This document shows positions 57,075-64,000 of a DNA stretch of 64,000 nt, piece by piece. The position numbers and the translations under genes were made by a program. The stretch's first letter is position 1; the number at the start of each line of letters is the position of its first letter. The notes beneath the pieces were generated by a model, which saw nothing but the letters and a program-made list of their open reading frames with translations, was not told the DNA's origin and did not search any database. The stretch spans positions 63,326 through 127,325 of the forward strand of contig CAXXSM010000105.1 of the NCBI GenBank assembly GCA_963663405.2, written 5' to 3'. This DNA is from a bacterium (GTDB lineage Bacteria; Hinthialibacterota; Hinthialibacteria; Hinthialibacterales; Hinthialibacteraceae).

Positions 57075-57881
57075 TCACTTCTCTTGATAGACCGCTAGCG
57101 CTTCAGGAAGATACTCTTTGATATTGTTGATCCGGTTCTCCGGCGCCGGGTGGGTTGAGAGAAGTTCCAAAGTGCGCTGGCCTCCCATTTCATTCATACG
57201 CTCCCAAAATGGAACCGCCTCACGGGGATCGTAGCCCGCCATTGCCATGAGAGTGAGACCGATGCGGTCGGCTTCCGATTCATGCAGCCGGCTGTAGGGC
57301 AAGAGCACGCCGACCTGTCCCACCGCGCCGTACGCCTGTAAATACAGTTCTTTCGTTTTAGCGGGTTGTTTTTCCAACGCGACTGAAAGCGCCGCGCCGC
57401 CCAGCTCCGCCAGCAGAGAATGACTCATCCGTTCGTTTCCATGATTCGCGATGGCGTGGGCGATCTCATGCCCCATCACGACGGCCAAACCGGTATCGTT
57501 TTCCGCTACTGGAAGAAGCCCCGTGTAGACGGCGATCTTACCGCCCGGCATACACCAGGCGTTGACCGTTTCGTCATCATCAATCACGTTGAATTCCCAT
57601 TCATAATTCTCGTATGGCAATTGGTGATCTTTGAGATATTGTTCCGTCGCCGCCGCGAGCCGCTTCCCAACCCGGACGACAAGGTCCACTTCTTTGGGAT
57701 CATTCGAGAGTTTGGAACCGTTCATTGTTTCCTGATAACTGCTCAGGCTGAGTTGCATCAATTGAGTCGTTGGAATTAGCGTCAGCTGACTCCGCTGTGT
57801 CAAAGGCGCAGTCGAACACGATAGAATAAGAAGCAGGCATAGGAACAGCGCGATTGAACTGGTATTTCGAATGAGATTCAT
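57075..57881 (-). CDS. M48 family metallopeptidase lipoprotein
   Basis: Lipobox ILSC; VNAWCMPGGKIAVYTGLL, GHEIAH (HExxH), YSRLHESEAD, LSTHP. Confidence 0.93.
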   Translation of the reverse strand: MNLIRNTSSIALFLCLLLILSCSTAPLTQRSQLTLIPTTQLMQLSLSSYQETMNGSKLSNDPKEVDLVVRVGKRLAAATEQYLKDHQLPYENYEWEFNVIDDDETVNAWCMPGGKIAVYTGLLPVAENDTGLAVVMGHEIAHAIANHGNERMSHSLLAELGGAALSVALEKQPAKTKELYLQAYGAVGQVGVLLPYSRLHESEADRIGLTLMAMAGYDPREAVPFWERMNEMGGQRTLELLSTHPAPENRINNIKEYLPEALAVYQEK

Positions 57882-57960
57882 GATTTTTCTCTTTCCCTTC
57901 TTTGTGGAATAAAATCATAGAGATTGAATTTCAATTCCATTAAAAAATTATATCCATTCC

Positions 57961-59652
57961 TTACGGTTGTGTCTCACCCAATTGAGCGGGATAGAAGTAA
58001 CCCATTGTCTGCGCCGCGACTCCCAAACGGTACTGCCTATCCTGCATCAAACAGGGAACGTTCCCGCTGGATGGGATCGCAGTCGTATAGATACGTAGTT
58101 CCCCATCGGCGCTTGTTATCAATTCTTCCCGCGCGTCTCCCAGACAATCGGCGATACCAATTACGCTCCCTTTGATGGGTTGAATCGCTTCCCCGTTCCA
58201 ATCGCGGATCGCGCCTTTCAGCGCGACTTCCTTCTGCGCGTCCGCATCCCACCAAACTGCGCGTGGAGTTAAAGAACCTCCTTCAACCGTTTCGATCAAT
58301 TCACCTTTGGCGCTGTAGAGCCAGCGATCAGGCGTGTCCCGCTCACCGGCGAACACTTCGACGCCTGGATAGTCCACTAGGAGATCACCGATCATGCCCT
58401 GACTGTGGATATGCCGTGTGGGTTCTTTATGTGTCCAGAGTTTTTTCCCGGTTTTCGCGTCTACAACACAGATGCCGTCCGTATCCTGCCGGGTTTCAAA
58501 TCCGTAGAAGATTTCCAAGCCGGGATTATCCGAATCAATATCCGTCACGTAACAGACGTCAGGATGCCCCATTCCCAACGTCCACAATCCCTTACCGTTA
58601 TCATCAATGACCGCCGCGCCGATCACAAGTTCGTCCCGTCCATCATGATCCACGTCGGCGGAGATCAGGCCATGTGAACCTTGGCCCCGGTATTTTTCAT
58701 ATTCCCCTGTGGCTTCCCAATACCAGATTTTTTTGAAATCTTTATCCATGGCAATGGTCTTTATTAAACGGTACGTGCCCCGCTGTACGATAAGAGAGGG
58801 ATCGCATCCATTCAAATACGCCACGGCTAGAAAATTCCGGCAGGAAAGGTTGTAATCCCGATAGCCTTCACGGCTGAGCCAGTCTGTCTTCGCCACAATC
58901 GTCCCCGTCTCTCCATCAAGTTTCACGAGATATTCCGGACCGGATTGAACGAGGCCTTTTTCATCGCGTGGATCGCCTTCGCCCGCTTTGCAATAAACCT
59001 CCGCTTTGCCATCACCGTCCACGTCGTAAACCACATAAGGCGCGTACCACGATCCCGCTTCGATCGACCAGCCCATGTCATAACGCCACAACATCGTTCC
59101 ATCCAGTTCGTACGCTTCCAACTTGTATGTAGTAGGGCTCTTCTTCCAGTAACCGGGCTGTTGGTAGGGATCGGTGTTGAAATTTGGTTGTTGGATTACA
59201 TATTCGTATGCGCCGTCTCCATCCAGATCGCCAATCCCCACCCGCTTCGCTTGGTAGTCCCCCTTAAAAGGAATAGACACATAACTGCGCGGTTTTCCTG
59301 TCACGTCAATGGTGACAGTTCCCACGTTCACCTGTTTACCGTTAGGAGATTGAATTGTCAGCTGGAAAGTGTATTGGGAGCCTTTTTTTGGCATTTCAAA
59401 AATACAGTTACTAGAACGGGTTGTCTTGCGCCAGGATTCTGACGAGCCTGGTAGATTGACGGTGATCTCATACACGGTCTGTGGATCATCCTCTTTCAAT
59501 TTCCTCCAGCCAAGATACACGCTCCCATCTTCACGTTCGAGAGCGATCAGTCCCCGATCCATTTTTTCCATGGCGCTCGCAGGCGCGCTCAAAAGTCCAA
59601 ACGTCAATAATACGAGGATGAAACAAAAACCAATGCTTAATATACGGCGCAT
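57961..59652 (-). CDS. Rhamnogalacturonan lyase (PL11, YesW-like) beta-propeller protein
   Basis: Signal peptide then MEKMDRGLIA...VYLGWR; GDLDGDGAYEYV, VYDVDGDGKAEV, GPEYL, GQGSH, DVDHDGRDE, LMQDRQYRLGVA.Q..GY..P; ATG 59652 with AAGGAG RBS. Confidence 0.8.
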   Translation of the reverse strand: MRRILSIGFCFILVLLTFGLLSAPASAMEKMDRGLIALEREDGSVYLGWRKLKEDDPQTVYEITVNLPGSSESWRKTTRSSNCIFEMPKKGSQYTFQLTIQSPNGKQVNVGTVTIDVTGKPRSYVSIPFKGDYQAKRVGIGDLDGDGAYEYVIQQPNFNTDPYQQPGYWKKSPTTYKLEAYELDGTMLWRYDMGWSIEAGSWYAPYVVYDVDGDGKAEVYCKAGEGDPRDEKGLVQSGPEYLVKLDGETGTIVAKTDWLSREGYRDYNLSCRNFLAVAYLNGCDPSLIVQRGTYRLIKTIAMDKDFKKIWYWEATGEYEKYRGQGSHGLISADVDHDGRDELVIGAAVIDDNGKGLWTLGMGHPDVCYVTDIDSDNPGLEIFYGFETRQDTDGICVVDAKTGKKLWTHKEPTRHIHSQGMIGDLLVDYPGVEVFAGERDTPDRWLYSAKGELIETVEGGSLTPRAVWWDADAQKEVALKGAIRDWNGEAIQPIKGSVIGIADCLGDAREELITSADGELRIYTTAIPSSGNVPCLMQDRQYRLGVAAQTMGYFYPAQLGETQP

Positions 59653-59811
59653 ACCACTAACTCCTTTTTTTTGGAATACGAACACGCAATCTTTACTATC
59701 GTATCTAAATGGAATACATTCATCTAAGGCTTCTATTCTGCGCAAAAAACGAAGTTTTGCAAGAATTTTCTAACATTTTGGTATAAAAACATATTTTACT
59801 GGAGGCGTACG

Positions 59812-61008
59812 ATGGATCGTTCAAATCAGAAATCCGTATCTCGAAGGACCTTTTTATCGGAGGGAACGAAAACCGCCGCAGGACTCACCGCGATTTCTGC
59901 GCTAAGCGCCCGGCATGTCCGAAGTTCCGAAAGCAATTCAAAAATCAATATGGCGGTCATTGGCTGTGGAGGCCGGGGACGGTATGACAGCCGGAACCTA
60001 GTGGCGACGGAGAAAGTCGAGATCGTCGCGCTAGCGGACTATTTCGATTTCCAGATGAAAGAACCACAGGAATTTCTAAACGTGAGCGCATCCCGCTGTT
60101 TTGCAGGGGAAGATGGGTATAAACAAGCGCTGGCGTTGGATGACGTCGACGCCGTCTTGCTGACCACTACCCCTTACTACCGGCCCATCCAGTTTAAAGC
60201 GGCGATCGAGGCGGGGAAACACGTCTTCGCCGAAAAACCCATCGCCGTCGATCCGTGGGGCTGCCGCGAATTTCTCGCAACGGGAAAAAAGGCCGCCGAA
60301 AAGAAACTCGTCGTCGGCGCGGGGCTGCAAACCCGCTACTCAGAAAGCCATCAAAAAGTGGCCAAACTAATTCACGAGGGAGCGATCGGCAAACTTGTTA
60401 TCGGCCATTCAACCCGCCTAGGGAACGATCTATGGCGCCGCGAGCGCTTGCCGCAATTCACGGAAAAAGATTTCCAGGTCCGCAATTGGCTCTACTATCT
60501 CTGGGGCGCGGGCGATTTCATCGTTGAGATGCACATCCATAATATTGATGTGTTCAACTGGTTCACCAACATGCTTCCCGTCAGCGCCTGCGGTTCCGGC
60601 GGCCGGGAAGTGCGGCTTGATGTCGGAGATATCTTTGACCATATCAACGTGATCTACCAATATCCCAACGGATTCCACCTCGCCCATTCCGGCGCGCAGC
60701 TCCCAACAGGTGAATACTGGACTGACAAGCATATCCTCGGCAGTGAAGGGTACTACGACGAAAAGAAGGGCTTGGTCACTAAGGATAAAGAAACAATCGA
60801 ACACGGCGGTATCCGTGACGCGGCGATGGAAGAGATGAAACAGTTCACCGCCAGCGTCTTGGGAGAAATTCCATATATCAACAACAGCGAGTATGTCACC
60901 ACCTCAACATTCACCACCATCCTGGGACGCGACGCGGCATACTCAGGTAAAAAATTATATTGGAAGGAACATTGGAACTCCGAGGTCCGGCGGGAATTCG
61001 TGGGATAA
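59812..61008 (+). CDS. Gfo/Idh/MocA family oxidoreductase with Tat signal peptide
   Basis: SRRTFL Tat motif; VIGCGGRG; HVFAEKP; GDFIVEMHIHNIDV. Confidence 0.9.
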   Translation: MDRSNQKSVSRRTFLSEGTKTAAGLTAISALSARHVRSSESNSKINMAVIGCGGRGRYDSRNLVATEKVEIVALADYFDFQMKEPQEFLNVSASRCFAGEDGYKQALALDDVDAVLLTTTPYYRPIQFKAAIEAGKHVFAEKPIAVDPWGCREFLATGKKAAEKKLVVGAGLQTRYSESHQKVAKLIHEGAIGKLVIGHSTRLGNDLWRRERLPQFTEKDFQVRNWLYYLWGAGDFIVEMHIHNIDVFNWFTNMLPVSACGSGGREVRLDVGDIFDHINVIYQYPNGFHLAHSGAQLPTGEYWTDKHILGSEGYYDEKKGLVTKDKETIEHGGIRDAAMEEMKQFTASVLGEIPYINNSEYVTTSTFTTILGRDAAYSGKKLYWKEHWNSEVRREFVG

Positions 61009-61058
61009 CATTCTACGATCCATCATTGATAAAGTTCATGAACATCAATGGCTGCAGG

Positions 61059-61086
61059 GGGCAGGCTTAACGCCTGCCCTTATTTT
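61059..61086 (+). terminator. Rho-independent terminator
   Basis: GGGCAGGC-TTAAC-GCCTGCCC followed by TTATTTT. Confidence 0.75.
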
Positions 61087-61153
61087 AATTCTTGGCGCTG
61101 TAGTTCATCATTAAACAAGGAAGGTGAATTGGTAGGATTGGAATGGGATGTTC

Positions 61154-62002
61154 TCACGCAGGAAAGTTATCGGAATTAGCCCGCTTTTCATCACGCTCCC
61201 GGCGCCCCCGAAATCCGCGGAATCGATGTTCATCAAATTGCGCTTGGATTTGAATCGTTTTAGAAATCCATTCCTTATTCTGGTCTATCGAAAGGATCTC
61301 ACGAACGTGTTGGATAAACTTTTCCTTCTCCGATTCGAAGGCTTCCATCATCGCTATTCTTGAATCACGTTCTCTTTCTCTTCTTGAAAATGAACGATGA
61401 AAGGGAACCCGGCATTCCGCCAGCCGCGCAGTATAAGGAAGTAGTTCTTTACGCTGCTCCCAGTCCAAATCAATAGATCGTAACGCCCTTAACTCCACGA
61501 TGGGAAAGGAAAATGGCCTCGATATAATCGTCTCGATCAATTCACCGTCAATTTCCTCTGGAAATTCACTGAATTTCGTCATCATTTTTTCCGCGACTTC
61601 TTTATGGAGTTGATCAAACGATTCAAAAAACGATCGAGGATTCGCTGCTGGCGTCCGGCGATTAGAACGCCTTGTTTTTCTCATAGCGCGCTCATACGTC
61701 TGATCGTAAAAATCGTATAGATCCTCCGATTCCTCCTCGGTGAGAAGTAAAAAATCACAGAGGGTTACAAACGATTCCCGCTTAGGAGAATACCGCGGTT
61801 CCGGTGGATCGGGTAACTGACCGGTATATTTCAAATAATAATGTTGCGCAATCTGCTGGTAATATTCAGCCGCATAACCAATATATTCCTGTATTGAATT
61901 CCTAATTTCGCTGTTGCACATACATATTTTAAAGGTAAACAGTAACGAAATAAGAAGGGTTGGCCATAACAGTTTGGAATGACTTGCCTTCCTCATGTTC
62001 AT
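61154..62002 (-). CDS. Hypothetical protein, N-terminal hydrophobic segment, helical and highly charged
   Basis: 282-aa ORF with AAGGAG RBS; no recognisable motif. Confidence 0.6.
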   Translation of the reverse strand: MNMRKASHSKLLWPTLLISLLFTFKICMCNSEIRNSIQEYIGYAAEYYQQIAQHYYLKYTGQLPDPPEPRYSPKRESFVTLCDFLLLTEEESEDLYDFYDQTYERAMRKTRRSNRRTPAANPRSFFESFDQLHKEVAEKMMTKFSEFPEEIDGELIETIISRPFSFPIVELRALRSIDLDWEQRKELLPYTARLAECRVPFHRSFSRRERERDSRIAMMEAFESEKEKFIQHVREILSIDQNKEWISKTIQIQAQFDEHRFRGFRGRRERDEKRANSDNFPA

Positions 62003-62281
62003 CCGTCTCCTTTCATCTATTTATATTAAAATGAGTTGCCGCGACTTGCATGATCGAGATTTTTCCCGTGTCTTGTTTTTATTTGCAGGTTCTGATCTCG
62101 ATCATAATAGTTTATATGAAAATGAGTTTTCTATATACAACGATTCAATAAAACGATAAGTTTATTTTCAATATACAATGGGATCCAATGGCCTTCCCCA
62201 ACTCTTATATTTATTAGTCCCATTAGTATTACGCTAGGTTCCATACTAATATTGAGGAATTCTTTTTCCTGTTGAATCCTT

Positions 62282-62932
62282 CTACATAACTGACGCAAAC
62301 GAGCCATCCTTTTCATTATCCGGTTCGATCGGAGACCGGCGCTGTTCCATCGTGTAAACGGCGAGGATTTCACGCTTTCCCGCCAGGAAAGTAAAATCTT
62401 GAAATCCCAGTGGTAAGAGAGAAGCCCGCAAAGAATGCTCATCAAAACGTCCTTCGAATGATTCTGTGCCTACCGCTGTGAGTAAACGAGCGATTCCGCG
62501 CAGGATCGCAAAACGGCTCTGCGCCCAATTGCGGACAGGTTCGGTGATGATGACTTTCTTCTTCGCGGCGCCCAGCATACGTTCCACCAGTTCGCGTTCA
62601 TTCGGGATGAATTGACATAAACTGCCCATCATCACGATATAATCCGCGCTGGGGATCGCGTCCTTCCGCGCATCCAACCGGCGCGCGCTGATCTTGCGCC
62701 GCTCCGCCCATCGTATAAACGTCTCATTAATATCACACGCGAGATACGTCACATTCTTCTTCCGCAACAGATATCGGTACAACGCGCAATCCCCCGCGCA
62801 TACATCCGTTACACTTGCCCCTTCTTCAATTTCCTTCGCCACGGCTTCCAACCGCTCCCTGTAATAACGCCTGTAAAGCAACCGGATGCTGAGCTCGTAG
62901 AACAGAGGATGAAGATAAATCGGACTCTTCAA
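62282..62932 (-). CDS. Class I SAM-dependent methyltransferase
   Basis: VTDVCAGD motif I, YLACDIN, DYIVMMGSLCQF, VIITEP; TTG start overlaps the upstream GT2 stop. Confidence 0.75.
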   Translation of the reverse strand: MKSPIYLHPLFYELSIRLLYRRYYRERLEAVAKEIEEGASVTDVCAGDCALYRYLLRKKNVTYLACDINETFIRWAERRKISARRLDARKDAIPSADYIVMMGSLCQFIPNERELVERMLGAAKKKVIITEPVRNWAQSRFAILRGIARLLTAVGTESFEGRFDEHSLRASLLPLGFQDFTFLAGKREILAVYTMEQRRSPIEPDNEKDGSFASVM

Positions 62933-63653
62933 AAGCGTCCTTCCTTTTTCATCCGTGACCGGAACCGGATCAATTCCCGCAGATAGATCCAGCTGTCCCG
63001 GATCGGTTTCACAGTGGATTGTTTATCCGTCCGCCGGATAAAGAGAGACGGAATCTCTTTGACGCGCAATCCGTGATAGTGACACTGCGCCATAATTTCC
63101 GTATCCCAAAACCAACCGTGTGTTTTTCGTTTCGTTTAGCAGGGGGAGAATCCGTTCCCGATTGAAAAACTTATAGCCGGTTTCTGTATCGGAATACGGT
63201 AATTTCAAGAGGCGGTGGATCAACGACCGGTAGCCGGGCGCTCAGAAGATAACGAAAAAACGTGTCGATATTCCAACGGATTTCATAATGCCGGAAGGCG
63301 GTCGCGGCGTCGAATCCATCGTCCAATGCAAGAAGCATCGATGGAATGTATCGTCCATGCACTTCCAGATCGATATCCAAAAATCCCACATATATCCCAT
63401 GCGCCAGGCGTATGCCTTCGGCGATGGTCCCCCCCCGCCCTACATTCTTGGCATGTAGGACAACTCGCGCGTTATCCCGTGTGGCGGCGGCGCGTTCCAC
63501 CGCTCGCGCGCTGCCGTCTGGGCTGGCGTCGTCGATCAGGATAAGTTCATATTCGCATTGGATCTGCTGTAAAATTCGTTCAATCTCTTGCAGGTTGATT
63601 TCCAGATGCGCTCCATCGTTATAGCAGGCGATCACAAGGGACAAATCAATCAC
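62929..63653 (-). CDS. Family 2 glycosyltransferase, polyprenol-phosphate glycosyltransferase-like (frameshifts at about 63237 and 63125)
   Basis: SLVIACYN, IDDASPDG, NVGRGG, FLDIDLE; then DTETGYKFF; then GWFWDTEIM...VKEIP ending TGA at 62929. Confidence 0.8.
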
Positions 63654-63867
63654 AACGCTTTTTCTCCATTTTCTTCTTTTCAGTATACTGGATTCGCCGT
63701 CATGTCTGGAGTTCTTCAATTCACCATTGTTGAAAATGAATCGCAGCCCTATGGCAATGAAATAGAATGAATTAACATGAAAATAAGAGATGCGTGCTGT
63801 TCACATTTGAATTCCAGCGCGGTCCATTTGATGGAAATCCGCGTCGTATGAAATGGGAGGATCATCC

Positions 63868-64000
63868 ATGAGTGTCTATGAAGAACTCGCCGGCGCCCTC
63901 TATAAAGGGAAAGCGGCCGATGTGAAACAACTGGTCGAGCAATGTCTCAGCGAAGGGAAATCCCCCGCCGAAATATTGAATGAAGGTATGATGCCCGGCA
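63868..64000 (+). CDS. Corrinoid (B12-binding) protein, N-terminal cap domain; truncated by the window edge
   Basis: GGAGG RBS; MSVYEELAGALYKGKAADVKQLVEQCLSEGKSPAEILNEGMMPG matches the helical cap of methyltransferase corrinoid proteins. Confidence 0.75.
   Translation, partial: MSVYEELAGALYKGKAADVKQLVEQCLSEGKSPAEILNEGMMPG

Noticed and set aside
62131-62445. 104-aa minus-strand ORF
   Set aside because: Half overlaps the methyltransferase in another frame; remainder is AT-rich with no motif
63720-63867. Cobalamin riboswitch upstream of the corrinoid protein
   Set aside because: No B12-box or GGGAA core elements recognised and the space is short

Overview
Bacterial chromosomal window made mostly of housekeeping genes: lepA, a complete F1Fo ATP synthase operon (atpZ-atpI-atpBEFHAGDC), icd-mdh, PII, tlyA-nadK, nusA-infB-DUF503-rbfA-truB-rpsO-pnp, gyrB and glutamine-dependent nadE. 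Between them lie sugar-acid and polysaccharide catabolism genes (Tat-signal oxidoreductases, dgoD-like dehydratase, PL11-like lyase), surface-glycosylation genes (three Maf-like-domain proteins, GT2, GT4, methyltransferases) and small AT-rich accessory cassettes. The style of the pilin-like protein suggests a Hinthialibacterota (OLB16) or Sumerlaeota-like lineage; this is inference from recalled family resemblance. At least 15 frameshifts, including ones in gyrB and pnp, look like uncorrected long-read errors, so split genes should not be read as pseudogenes. I found no rRNA, tRNA, CRISPR array, integrase or transposase. Best candidates for new biology: (1) an AT-rich DUF5678-like plus retropepsin two-gene cassette; (2) an ORF6N gene with a palindrome in its coding sequence and a co-varying second copy upstream; (3) two convergent toxin-antitoxin modules with both toxins broken and both antitoxins intact, next to a membrane-anchored P-loop NTPase with a small partner; (4) a dispersed set of three Maf-like domains; (5) an NtrC-like regulator lacking GAFTGA and the phosphoacceptor Asp; (6) a structured nusA leader that keeps a rimP-type attenuator although rimP is absent. 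All family assignments come from motif recognition by eye; no searches were run.
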